Origin: an uncultured Bacteroidota bacterium
Lineage (GTDB): Bacteria; Bacteroidota; Bacteroidia; UKL13-3
Reading direction: 5' to 3'
Length of the DNA stretch: 64,000 bases
NCBI GenBank assembly: GCA_903850915.1
Contig: CAINMV010000010.1
Coordinates: 980-64,979, forward strand
Shown here: positions 9,174-19,194 of the stretch, in pieces
Position numbering within the stretch: the first letter of the stretch is position 1
Layout of the letters: every line of letters starts with the position of its first letter
The notes under the pieces: model-generated
The model's input: only the letters and a program-made list of their open reading frames with translations
What the model was told of the DNA's origin: nothing
The model's database searches: none
Made by a program: the position numbers and the translations under genes

Positions 9174-11732
9174 TTGAAAAAGCTGAGTTATCTGTTTATT
9201 TTCTTTGCTATTGCTGCGTGCAAAAGTAAAATCTATCATAATACCACTGCCCGATACAACGGTTATTATAATGCCACAGAACGTCTGAAACAAGCGCAAC
9301 TAACCCTAGAGCGCAGCAACGTTGATGATTATGATAAGATTTTAAGCGTGTTCCAATTCGGCGACGAGGCAAAGAGCAAGGCCGTACAGCCCGACATGGA
9401 TGAGATTTTTAAAAAATCGGGCACCATCATTCAACGTCACGGGAAAAGCAAATGGGTTGACAATTGTTACCTTTTAATTGCAAAGTCACATTTCTATAAA
9501 CGCGACTACTATTCGGCTATTGAGGTCCTACAATATATTAATGATAAATACAAAAACACCCAAGAGAGCTATGAAGCAACCATTTGGATTATGGTTTCAA
9601 AGCTGATGTTGGGTAAAAATGATGAAGCGTTTTCTGTTTCTGCATCTCTGAAAACAGATATCGATAAGATGGATGAAGCTAACTTGGCTTTTTTCTATGC
9701 TGCATTAGCCGAATATCATATTAAACAAAAAGAATATGTTCAGGCGCAAAAGAACATTTTTAAGGCTTTAAAATTTGCAAAAGGAAGAACGTATAGAACT
9801 CGCTTAAAATTTGTTTTAGCTCAACTCTACCAAAGAAACGGAAAAACAAATCAAGCAATACTTAATTACAAAGCTGTCATTAAACGCAATCCTCCATATG
9901 AGATGGCGTTTAATTCAAAACTTAATATAGGACGCACTTACGATGCCAACAAGCCCGAGAGCTTGAAGCAAGCACGTTCCTACTTGCGCACAATGGCGAA
10001 AGACGATAAGAACATCGCTTACCTTGACAAGATTTACTACGAGCTTGGAAATATTGCTCAACTCGACAGCAAAATAGACTTGGCTATTAATTACTATAAA
10101 CAGTCACTGTTGTATTTTAAAGACCAAAACACCAAATCCCTCTCCTACTTGGCGCTTGCAGATGTATATTTCCGAATGGGTAATTACCCTATGTCGCAAA
10201 CTTACTACGATAGTGCAGGTATGTTTCTCAACTCAAAATATGACGGATATGAGAAGCTGATGACAAAAAAGAAAGTTCTTTCTGAAATCATTAAAAACCT
10301 ACTCGTTATTCAGTCGGAAGATAGCTTGCAACGCTTAGGGAAACTTAGCGATTCGGAAAGAAAAAAAATTATCGAGAAATATAAAAACGAACAAGACCAA
10401 CGCAATAAGAAACCTGAGAAAGCAAGAGAATTAGAGAACCAAGCAAGCAATAACTACATTAATCCAAATGCCTCTAACGGCGGCTACCAGCAAGCGCCCG
10501 GCGATGAATGGTACTTTTACAATCCGAATGCCATTGCAATTGGATATAGCGAATTTGTTAAACGATGGGGGGCTCGTAATAACGAAGACTATTGGTTTGT
10601 ACTCGACAGAAAAACGCAAGGAAATACTGATGATAATGTCAATAGCCCAATTAAAAAGATTGATCCGAACAAGAAAGACACCTCAAATGCTAAAGAAGGA
10701 AATATCACCAAGGTAGGTGGTGATAAAGCCGGAGCTGGAAGCGAAAATAAAATCCCTGTCACCCCAGAGGACATCAATGCGTCAAACAATAAAATAATTG
10801 ACGCATTTGTAGCTAATGGCTTAATTTATAAAGACAAACTAAACGACACAAGAGAGGCGGTTAAAATTTTTGAAACATTGCTACAACGCTTCCCTGAAAA
10901 TAATTATTTAGCCAAAGTGTATTATTACCTCTATAAGTGTCACGACGAAACAAAAAACGATTCGTTAGCAAAAAAATACCGTGATCTCGTCTTAAATAAA
11001 TTCCCAAATAGCGACTATGCGGATATCATAAAAAACACAGCAAAGAACTCTACCGCATCGGGTAATAACGAAGAGGTTAAGTATTATGAGGCCACTTATG
11101 ATCTTTATAAAAATGGCAATTTTGCGGAGGTGAAAAAACGATGCTTTGAAGCTCATACCAAATTTAATAAAAGCAATTTGTTAGGCAAATTTGATTACCT
11201 CAAAGCATTATCCATTGGCAAAACAGAGGGAGAAGATATGTTTAGAATAGCCATGGAGGATGTGGTTAAAAACTACCCGAACACCGATGTATATGTTGCA
11301 GCCAATAATATGCTCGACTACCTAAAACGGAAGAACAACCCTCAACCCGAGGTTGCTGTTGTTGGAAATTACACGTATACACCCGCCAATGAGCATTATT
11401 ACGTAATGCTGACCGACGATGCCAAAGCAAATGTTGAAACACTAAAAGCAAACTATTCCGATTATAATGCTGAATATCATCGATTGGAATCCTATGATAT
11501 CAGCTCTTATATTCTCGGGGATAAAACAAAAATTATTGTAGTTAAGATTTTCGAAAATGGAGGCAAGTCAATTGAATATTATCGTGAACTAGTAAACAAT
11601 ACCTTGTTCTTTGAAAAAGCCGGTTTGGAAGAGTATTCTCAATGTGTAATTAGCCAAGATAACTTCAAAAAACTGATGAAGAAAAAGGATGAAGAGGAGT
11701 ATCTTAATTTCTTTAGAGAAAACTACAAATAA
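9174..11732 (+). CDS. porW: T9SS/gliding TPR lipoprotein SprE/PorW
   Basis: YHNTTARYNGYYNA, SKWVDNCYLL, YEMAFN, WYFYN...F..RWG.R..ED.W; lipobox IAAC when started at TTG 9174. Confidence 0.85.
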   Translation: MKKLSYLFIFFAIAACKSKIYHNTTARYNGYYNATERLKQAQLTLERSNVDDYDKILSVFQFGDEAKSKAVQPDMDEIFKKSGTIIQRHGKSKWVDNCYLLIAKSHFYKRDYYSAIEVLQYINDKYKNTQESYEATIWIMVSKLMLGKNDEAFSVSASLKTDIDKMDEANLAFFYAALAEYHIKQKEYVQAQKNIFKALKFAKGRTYRTRLKFVLAQLYQRNGKTNQAILNYKAVIKRNPPYEMAFNSKLNIGRTYDANKPESLKQARSYLRTMAKDDKNIAYLDKIYYELGNIAQLDSKIDLAINYYKQSLLYFKDQNTKSLSYLALADVYFRMGNYPMSQTYYDSAGMFLNSKYDGYEKLMTKKKVLSEIIKNLLVIQSEDSLQRLGKLSDSERKKIIEKYKNEQDQRNKKPEKARELENQASNNYINPNASNGGYQQAPGDEWYFYNPNAIAIGYSEFVKRWGARNNEDYWFVLDRKTQGNTDDNVNSPIKKIDPNKKDTSNAKEGNITKVGGDKAGAGSENKIPVTPEDINASNNKIIDAFVANGLIYKDKLNDTREAVKIFETLLQRFPENNYLAKVYYYLYKCHDETKNDSLAKKYRDLVLNKFPNSDYADIIKNTAKNSTASGNNEEVKYYEATYDLYKNGNFAEVKKRCFEAHTKFNKSNLLGKFDYLKALSIGKTEGEDMFRIAMEDVVKNYPNTDVYVAANNMLDYLKRKNNPQPEVAVVGNYTYTPANEHYYVMLTDDAKANVETLKANYSDYNAEYHRLESYDISSYILGDKTKIIVVKIFENGGKSIEYYRELVNNTLFFEKAGLEEYSQCVISQDNFKKLMKKKDEEEYLNFFRENYK

Positions 11733-11795
11733 AACTTGATTCATTGCTAATCTTAGTTTCTCAATTCGTTTATTACGCTTTAATAACAAAATTTC

Positions 11796-12569
11796 ATGCA
11801 CTTCTATAAATACCAAGGCACTGGCAATGATTTTGTGATGCTAGATGACCGCAAACATGAATTCGACATCAAAAACTCACATTTGGTGAAGCTCCTTTGC
11901 GACCGCAGATTTGGAATAGGTGCGGATGGCTTGATTTTATTGCGAAATTCGAACGAGGCCCAATTTGAAATGATTTATTTTAATAGCGATGGAAACCTAA
12001 GCAGCATGTGTGGCAATGGTGGCCGCTGTATCGCTCGTTTTGCACAACAACTTGGAATTATCGAAACCAAGGTTACATTTAAGGCCATCGATGGAATACA
12101 TCAGGCAAGCCTAACACCAAATGAGGTGTCTTTAAAAATGAATGATGTAACCACTGTTGAAAACAATCAAGACTACCTCTTTCTAAATACGGGATCCCCT
12201 CATTTAATAAAATTTGTCTCAGACTTAGACACTCTTGATATATTGACTGAAGCCAGAAAATACAGATATAATGAACGCTTTAGAGAACTTGGCACAAACG
12301 TAAACTTTATCCAACGCGATATAGATCAACTTAAAATTCGAACGTATGAACGTGGTGTAGAAGATGAGACTTTAAGTTGTGGCACCGGTATTACCGCTGC
12401 TGCCATTGCCAATATTATAAATGAACATAAAAGTGCTGGAAGCTACCAAGTAAAGCTGCATTCGCGTGGAGGCGAACTCCAGGTTCTTTGCAATTATGAT
12501 GGAAAAGAGACTTTCGAACATGTATATTTAATTGGTGCCGCTGAGTATGTCTTTGACGGCAATTTTTAA
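11796..12569 (+). CDS. dapF: Diaminopimelate epimerase
   Basis: GTGNDF, MCGNGGRC, ERGVEDETLSCGTG. Confidence 0.97.
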   Translation: MHFYKYQGTGNDFVMLDDRKHEFDIKNSHLVKLLCDRRFGIGADGLILLRNSNEAQFEMIYFNSDGNLSSMCGNGGRCIARFAQQLGIIETKVTFKAIDGIHQASLTPNEVSLKMNDVTTVENNQDYLFLNTGSPHLIKFVSDLDTLDILTEARKYRYNERFRELGTNVNFIQRDIDQLKIRTYERGVEDETLSCGTGITAAAIANIINEHKSAGSYQVKLHSRGGELQVLCNYDGKETFEHVYLIGAAEYVFDGNF

Positions 12570-12689
12570 ATTAAATCTCACCTCGCCACCTATTTAAAAG
12601 TCGATTAATATAATTCGAGGTTAATACAAGCTAGTGCTTGAAATATTCGTGACGCATTTGCAATAAAAACAGATTCTTGAAACAATATA

Positions 12690-13400
12690 TTATTTCTTCT
12701 GAGAGTCAGCGTATGAAAACACTTTTTTCATTAAGGGTGTGGTGCGACTTGCGGTGTTGGTGCGAATAGTGTTTTCCTCCTCTTCAACTTTACTAAACAA
12801 AGCCACCAGTGCTTTTTCTGTAACAAAGGAATTAAGATCGGGATTCATTTTTTGAACCATTGGAATTCTATTGTATTGATTCACAAGGTCGCCCCAATAT
12901 TTGGTTACACCCACTTGATTTAAAGCTTCCTGAATTTTGGGTTTGAACGAAGCCGTTAAAGCTTCTGTTGTAGAATTCTTTAAGTATTTAGTAGCGGCAC
13001 CTTTACCACCAGTTAGTACGCCCATCGCGTCACTAAAGCTCATGCCAGTAACAGCATCAATAAAAATTGGCTTTGCTGTTTGTACCGCATTTTCGGCCCC
13101 TTCATTAAGTTTGGCAATTACATTATCTACCTGTGGCCCCATGCCCAAGTTGCGCATTTTATCAGCAATTTTTTGAGCGTCGGGTGGTAGAAGGATTTTA
13201 TACATTGCATTGTTTAAAAATCCTCCACGAACCGACAATACATCGACACCATTACTGAAACCCTGCTTGAGAGCATCTTTGAGCCCACCGGCGGCTTCAG
13301 TAGAAGTTGGAATAGTTAGTGCTTGAGTAGCCACAGCCTGAAGTACATCGCATGAAGCGAAAAACAAAAATAATAAGGATAGAGAGATGATTTTTTTCAT
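12690..13400 (-). CDS. DUF4197 lipoprotein
   Basis: Lipobox FASC; GLKDAL, AKPIFIDAV, EEENTIR. Confidence 0.9.
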   Translation of the reverse strand: MKKIISLSLLFLFFASCDVLQAVATQALTIPTSTEAAGGLKDALKQGFSNGVDVLSVRGGFLNNAMYKILLPPDAQKIADKMRNLGMGPQVDNVIAKLNEGAENAVQTAKPIFIDAVTGMSFSDAMGVLTGGKGAATKYLKNSTTEALTASFKPKIQEALNQVGVTKYWGDLVNQYNRIPMVQKMNPDLNSFVTEKALVALFSKVEEEENTIRTNTASRTTPLMKKVFSYADSQKK

Positions 13401-13413
13401 GATAAACTGCTAA

Positions 13414-13429
13414 ATCAACAACCGTGCCG
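13414..13429 (-). promoter_or_regulatory. Sigma54-like -24/-12 site upstream of DUF4197
   Basis: CGGCACGGTTGTTGAT (GG-N10-GA). Confidence 0.45.
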
Positions 13430-13433
13430 TTAC

Positions 13434-14393
13434 TTAACCTTGGATACTATTAATCGTTAATAGCTCCTCTTTTATCTTTTCTGTAACTTTCTTTTCCACC
13501 ATTCGTTGCCCTAATAGTATCATATTTTTAAAAGCTTCGATATTGGAAATTCCATGACCAAGGATAACAGGTGCATTCACGCCTAAAATAGGAGAGCCTC
13601 CATAAATTTCATAGTTGAAGCGTTCGAAATAGTCGTTGCTATTTCCCATTTTTCGCATAATTTTATAGATACTTTGGGCTACCTTCAAAATAATATTGCC
13701 AGTGAAACCATCACAAACAATGACATCGGCCTTTTCATCAAATAAATTATATCCTTCAACATTACCTACAAAATTTATATGCGGATTTTGCTCTAATAGC
13801 GGATAGCTGGCTAAAGTAAGTGCATTTCCCTTTTCTTTTTCTTCACCAACACTCATTAGGGCCACTTTCGGATTTTCGATATTATATATTGACTCGCAGA
13901 ATATAGAGCCCAATAATCCAAATTGATTTAACATTTCAGGCTTACAATCAGCATTGGTGCCGGCATCCACCAAAAGCCCGAAGCCACCTTTTAATTTTGG
14001 CAATACGGAAATTACAGTAGGGCGCGAAACACCTTCAATTAACTTAACACTAAAAACAGCTCCTACCATTACTGCTCCTGTATTTCCGGCACTCATAAAC
14101 ACATCAATCTTTTTTTGTGCCAACAATGCAAAACCAACATTAATACTAGAGTCCTTTTTGGCAGCAATGGCTTTTGTTGGGTGTTCGCTCATGCCTATTA
14201 CTTCTGTGGTATGAACAAATTCAAATAACGAAGGAGAAACCTGGTTTGAATGAAGTAGTTCAAGCGCTTGTGACTCATCCCCGATCATAACGATGGTACA
14301 ATCGGCAGGCAAGTTTTTTTGCGCTTCAATTGCGCCTAAAACAGCCTCTTTCGGTGCGAAATCACCTCCCATTATGTCTATTCCTATTTTCAT
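13434..14393 (-). CDS. plsX: Phosphate acyltransferase
   Basis: DIMGGDFAP, SAGNTGA, DGFTGN. Confidence 0.97.
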   Translation of the reverse strand: MKIGIDIMGGDFAPKEAVLGAIEAQKNLPADCTIVMIGDESQALELLHSNQVSPSLFEFVHTTEVIGMSEHPTKAIAAKKDSSINVGFALLAQKKIDVFMSAGNTGAVMVGAVFSVKLIEGVSRPTVISVLPKLKGGFGLLVDAGTNADCKPEMLNQFGLLGSIFCESIYNIENPKVALMSVGEEKEKGNALTLASYPLLEQNPHINFVGNVEGYNLFDEKADVIVCDGFTGNIILKVAQSIYKIMRKMGNSNDYFERFNYEIYGGSPILGVNAPVILGHGISNIEAFKNMILLGQRMVEKKVTEKIKEELLTINSIQG

Positions 14394-14474
14394 GACTGAC
14401 TATAGATTTTGATTTGAATTGTATTCGAAGGCTTTTTTAAAAAGCACCAGAAACGCTATGCATTGAAATTAAAC

Positions 14475-14506
14475 AAAAAAAGGACTAAGCTTTTTATGCT
14501 TAATCC
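14475..14506 (-). terminator. Intrinsic terminator after rpmF
   Basis: Minus strand GGATTAAGC-ATAAAAA-GCTTAGTCC followed by T7. Confidence 0.65.
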
Positions 14507-14543
14507 AAATTTGTTTTATTAAATTTTTCATTAAAACCTGAAG

Positions 14544-14723
14544 TTAGGCTTTAACTTCAAATACTTTTTTACCGCGGTACATTCCATTCGCCATATCGAT
14601 ACGGTGGTACAAAGAAATAGCACCTGTATTAGCATCTCTGCGTAATGTAGGAAGGGCTGCTTTATCGTGCGTACGACGTTTGTTACGGCGTTGTTTGGAT
14701 ATCTTTCGTTTTGGATTTGGCAT
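14544..14723 (-). CDS. rpmF: 50S ribosomal protein L32 (59 aa, no Cys)
   Basis: Absent from the ORF track; hand translation MPNPKRKISKQRRNKRRTHDKAALPTLRRDANTGAISLYHRIDMANGMYRGKKVFEVKA; lies between yceD and plsX. Confidence 0.95.
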   Translation of the reverse strand: MPNPKRKISKQRRNKRRTHDKAALPTLRRDANTGAISLYHRIDMANGMYRGKKVFEVKA

Positions 14724-14763
14724 GGCTTGTCGTAATTAATTTATTTCTTGTTATGGTAATAAT

Positions 14764-15291
14764 CTATTCGTCTAAATCTATGTTTTTCAAGGCATTCCAT
14801 CGTGGATCGCCAGAGGTTTTATCTTCTTTCTTTTTTTGCTCTGGTACAATGTATTTTAAAGTTTGTTCGTCACAAACAACATTCTCAAGTCCATCACAAT
14901 TTACATACATCGGCATCGCGGTAAGAATATATTCGTAAATATACTGCGCTACATTAATTTTATGCTCTGTGGCGGGTATCTCTATTACATCTACATCTTG
15001 CTCCTGATGAGCACTACCTAAAGTCACAATGAGTGTTTCAAAAGACTCAATAGGATAGATAATCGAATTCAGGCAACGATCACACATTGTATTTACAGAT
15101 CCTTCCGTCTCAAATTGGAATTGAAGTAACGCTTCTTCTTTTATCATCGTCACATGGCACTTCAATTGGCCTCCTTCGATACGGTCTTGTGGAAATGGTT
15201 TAAAAAAGGCACCATCAATATCAAAGCTAAACTCATGTTGGCCATCTCCAAGCCTGATGAATTCTATGTCGTACGCTTTATGCTTATCCAC
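14764..15291 (-). CDS. YceD/DUF177 protein
   Basis: CDRCL and DPRWNALK motifs; upstream of rpmF; TACTTTTG at 15321-15328 (-). Confidence 0.92.
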   Translation of the reverse strand: MDKHKAYDIEFIRLGDGQHEFSFDIDGAFFKPFPQDRIEGGQLKCHVTMIKEEALLQFQFETEGSVNTMCDRCLNSIIYPIESFETLIVTLGSAHQEQDVDVIEIPATEHKINVAQYIYEYILTAMPMYVNCDGLENVVCDEQTLKYIVPEQKKKEDKTSGDPRWNALKNIDLDE

Positions 15292-15373
15292 AACTTTCCT
15301 TTGTTTTTAAAAAAGGAGGGCAAAAGTAATGAATTTTAGTCGTATTGTGAAACAGAATTCGAATTTTCCTTTT

Positions 15374-16348
15374 CTACCAACCTAAAAGCCATGCGAAAAT
15401 TAATGGAACCACAATGGTAGCGTCGCTTTCAACAATAAACTTCGGGGTATGGATATCCAACTTGCCCCAAGTTATTTTTTCGTTTGGAACAGCACCACTA
15501 TAACTTCCATAGGAGGTTGTACTATCGCTCACCTGGCAGAAATACCCCCAGAAAGGAACATCATGCCATTCCAAATCCTGATACATCATTGGCACAACGC
15601 AAATTGGGAAGTCCCCTGCAATACCACCTCCAATCTGAAAGAACCCTACCCCTTTTCCTGAGGAATTGTGTCTATACCAATCCGCTAGCCAAACCATATA
15701 TTCAATTCCACCTTTCACTGTTGATGCTTTAAGTTGTCCTTTTATCACATAAGACGCGAAAATATTTCCCATAGTGCTGTCTTCCCATCCTGGAACGACT
15801 ATTGGAATGTTTTTTTCAGCAGCTGCAAGCATCCAACTATTTTTAGGATCTATCTCATAATACTGCTCCAAAACACCGCTTAATAGCATCTTGTACATAA
15901 ATTCGTGTGGGAAATAGCGCTCACCTTTGGTATCGGCATCGTGCCAAAGTTCATGAATATGCTTCTGTAAGCGACGAAATGCCTCTTCTTCTGGGATACA
16001 AGTATCTGTAACACGATTATAGTGGTTTTCTAGCAAATCCCACTCCTCCTGGGGGCTTAAATCACGGTAGTTTGGCACACGCTTATAATGCGAATGGGCG
16101 ACCAAATTCATGATATCTTCCTCTAAATTGGCTCCTGTACAACTTATAATTTGTACTTTATCTTGACGTATCATCTCTGCCAAGCTTAGGCCAAGCTCTG
16201 CGGTGCTCATGGCTCCAGCCAAAGTAATCATCATTTTTCCACCCTCGGCTAAGTGCGTTTCGTAACCTTTAGCCGCATCCATCAAAGCTGCCGCATTAAA
16301 ATGGCGGTAGTGGTGCTCGATATATTGAGAAACTGGTCCTTTTGTCAT
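15374..16348 (-). CDS. Deoxyhypusine synthase-like protein (probable homospermidine synthesis)
   Basis: LAGAMSTAELG, TGANLEED, SYSGAVPNEKITWGK. Confidence 0.9.
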   Translation of the reverse strand: MTKGPVSQYIEHHYRHFNAAALMDAAKGYETHLAEGGKMMITLAGAMSTAELGLSLAEMIRQDKVQIISCTGANLEEDIMNLVAHSHYKRVPNYRDLSPQEEWDLLENHYNRVTDTCIPEEEAFRRLQKHIHELWHDADTKGERYFPHEFMYKMLLSGVLEQYYEIDPKNSWMLAAAEKNIPIVVPGWEDSTMGNIFASYVIKGQLKASTVKGGIEYMVWLADWYRHNSSGKGVGFFQIGGGIAGDFPICVVPMMYQDLEWHDVPFWGYFCQVSDSTTSYGSYSGAVPNEKITWGKLDIHTPKFIVESDATIVVPLIFAWLLGW

Positions 16349-16743
16349 AATAGGCGCGAATATAAAGAAATGAGAAGGGATTGGAAAATTTCATCTGCAC
16401 TCGATAATGAAATCAAGAACAATTTTAGGGTAATTAAACCTCGCAAAATCTAGAACTTGCTGTAAGTCGATTCGAAACTTTAACAATTCATGTCGTATTG
16501 ATTTTTTTTGCAAAAAAAATACCCTAAGATACAATGGATGAAGAATTCCGATAACATCCCAAGTAAAAATAATTTTACCGCTACTTAAAAAAAATTAGGG
16601 TGCCGTTAATTGGGATGATTCAAATAAATGCCAAATAGCACTAGCGCATTTTGATAAAAGAAAGGAAGTACGGTTGCGTGTCGTCTAATAAAACAATTGC
16701 GCTAAATTAGATGCGCTAAACTTCTAAACATTTCTATTCAATT

Positions 16744-19086
16744 ATGCGAATCCTGTTTCTACTAGCGTTAATTCCAACACTTTCCTTTTCACAAAACAAC
16801 ACTCAAAATATCCGCGGTGTTATAACCGATAAACTATCGCAAACACAATTGGCTGGAGTTGTAATTCAGATTAGTTCAATTCAAAAAGGGGCAACAACGG
16901 ATACCCTTGGAAAATATACTATACCAAATGTACCCCCAGATCGTTATGAAATCAAAATTACTTATCTGGGTTATAAAACCATAACCATTCCTAATGTTAT
17001 CGTTACCTCAGGCAAAGAAGTGATTTTGGATATTGCCATGGAAGAGTCATTTTCTCAATTGGGCGAGGTTGTAATAAAAACCAATAATAAAGGGGGTACT
17101 TTAAACAAATTGGCAACAGTAAGTGCCCGAACTTTTTCCATGGAAGAGGTAAATCGATATGCCGGTGGCCGAAGTGATCCAGCACGCCTAGCAGCTAATT
17201 TTGCAGGAGTGAGTGCACCTGACGACAGTAGAAACGATATCGTAATTCGGGGAAATTCGCCTGTTGGTGTTCTTTGGCGTATAGATGGAATGAATGTTAC
17301 CAACCCAAATCACTTTGCATCGGTTGGAACAACAGGTGGAGCCGTTAGTGCATTAAACACAAATTTATTGAAGAACTCTGATTTCTTCACGTCAGCATTC
17401 CCAGCTGAATATGGCAATGCAACAGCAGGTGTTTTTGATTTAGGTTTTAGAAATGGAAACAATCAAAAGAGAGAGACAACATTACAAATTGGTGTTATTA
17501 CGGGCCTGGAAGCAACTACAGAAGGGCCTTTCAGTAAAAAAAGTGATGCCTCCTATTTGATTGGATATCGATATGCATTAGCCGGGGTCGCGCAAAAGTT
17601 AGGCATCAATATTGGCACAACAGCAACACCTTCTTATCAAGACCTATCGTTTAAACTAAATAGCGGAACTACTAAAATTGGCAGATTTTCGATGTTTGGC
17701 ATCTTAGCTACAAGTACTATCGAAATTGGTGGCGGCAATAATAACACGTTGTACGGCAATGGAAATCAGGTGGACTTTGCCAGTAAAATTGGAATTGTTG
17801 GCATAAATCACTTCAAACAACTTAATAAAAAATCACATATAAGCACGACCGTTGGTATTAATTATTCGAGCACCGATCAAACTGGATACGACTTTGATAG
17901 ATTTACCAATACGTCCTTCATCAAGGAGATAAACAATGTAGCTAAGAAAAACTATAATATAAACAGCACCTATAGTACAAAAATAAACTCACGCGTTTTC
18001 TTTAAAGCGGGCATTCAAGATGAAATTATCGATTTGTATTTATTCTATAAAAACAAAAATAGAATAATTGATGATTATAAACAGATTTGGGACTACAATA
18101 GTAACACCAACTTGGCACAAGCCTATGTCCATCTTAAATACAACTTAACTGAAAAAGTTACAATGAATGCTGGAATGCATGCTCAACGCTTTTTCCTGAA
18201 CAAAGCAACATCAGTAGAGCCTCGATTTGGTCTGTCATACAACGTTACCAACAATAGCAGTTTTAACTTTGGCTATGGATTGCATGCTCAAATGCAACCA
18301 ATAAATGTATATTTTTTACAAAGCACAGATGCAAATGGAAATACAATTTACAACAACAAAAATTTAGACTTCACCAAAAGCCATCATTTTGTAATAGGGT
18401 ACAATATACAACCAATGAATGATTGGCGAATTAAGGCAGAAGCATACTATCAGTCCATTTATAATGTTCCAGTAGATTCATTTTCGAGTAGTTATTCGAT
18501 GCTAAATACTGGATCTACCTTTAAAGCAGACTTGCAAGACAATTTAGTAAATACTGGAACAGGAAAAAGCTATGGCCTTGAATTAACTATTGAGAAGTTT
18601 TTCAGCAAAGGTTACTATGGTTTATTTACATCATCTATCTACAACTCAAAGTGTAAAGGAAGCGATGGCATTGAAAGGAATACAGCCTTTAACGGAAAAT
18701 ATGTTTTTAATTTATTGGCAGGTAAGGAATGGAAATTGGGGTCAGCTAAAAGAAACAAGCTATCTTCCGATATTAAGTTTACGAATGCTGGAGGAAGGGC
18801 TTACACTCCTATTGATTTAGAAACCTCAAAAATCATTCGTCGCGAACAGCTTTCTACCGATGCTTATTCTAGTTTTTACGACAGCTATTATCGTTTAGAT
18901 GTAAAAGTAGGCTATACTTTAAATAGTGCCAACCGAAAGATTTCAAATGTATTCTCGTTGGACTTACAAAATGTTACCAACCATAAAAATGTTTTTTCAC
19001 AGTCATACGATGATAGATTGCAAAACATAAACACAACTTACCAGCTTGGTTTTTTCCCGAACATAGTATATAAGTTACAGTTTTAA
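16744..19086 (+). CDS. TonB-dependent receptor with N-terminal carboxypeptidase-regulatory-like domain
   Basis: DPARLA..FAGV...DD.RNDIVIRGNSP plug motif; C-terminal F. Confidence 0.9.
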   Translation: MRILFLLALIPTLSFSQNNTQNIRGVITDKLSQTQLAGVVIQISSIQKGATTDTLGKYTIPNVPPDRYEIKITYLGYKTITIPNVIVTSGKEVILDIAMEESFSQLGEVVIKTNNKGGTLNKLATVSARTFSMEEVNRYAGGRSDPARLAANFAGVSAPDDSRNDIVIRGNSPVGVLWRIDGMNVTNPNHFASVGTTGGAVSALNTNLLKNSDFFTSAFPAEYGNATAGVFDLGFRNGNNQKRETTLQIGVITGLEATTEGPFSKKSDASYLIGYRYALAGVAQKLGINIGTTATPSYQDLSFKLNSGTTKIGRFSMFGILATSTIEIGGGNNNTLYGNGNQVDFASKIGIVGINHFKQLNKKSHISTTVGINYSSTDQTGYDFDRFTNTSFIKEINNVAKKNYNINSTYSTKINSRVFFKAGIQDEIIDLYLFYKNKNRIIDDYKQIWDYNSNTNLAQAYVHLKYNLTEKVTMNAGMHAQRFFLNKATSVEPRFGLSYNVTNNSSFNFGYGLHAQMQPINVYFLQSTDANGNTIYNNKNLDFTKSHHFVIGYNIQPMNDWRIKAEAYYQSIYNVPVDSFSSSYSMLNTGSTFKADLQDNLVNTGTGKSYGLELTIEKFFSKGYYGLFTSSIYNSKCKGSDGIERNTAFNGKYVFNLLAGKEWKLGSAKRNKLSSDIKFTNAGGRAYTPIDLETSKIIRREQLSTDAYSSFYDSYYRLDVKVGYTLNSANRKISNVFSLDLQNVTNHKNVFSQSYDDRLQNINTTYQLGFFPNIVYKLQF

Positions 19087-19194
19087 GAAAACGATTTTAA
19101 TTAAGGAAAGCCAGCTCAAATTGGCGAAAGAGAGTGCTGCATAAATGTAAAAACAGTAGCTGTTTTTTATTCACAAGCTAAAAAAAGCTGCTTT

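Noticed and set aside
16350..16743. Possible riboswitch (e.g. cobalamin) upstream of the TonB receptor; short inverted repeats CATCCCAA/TTGGGATG and ACCCTAA/TTAGGGT
   Set aside because: No B12-box or TPP consensus recognisable; repeats this short are expected by chance. An Rfam scan would settle it.
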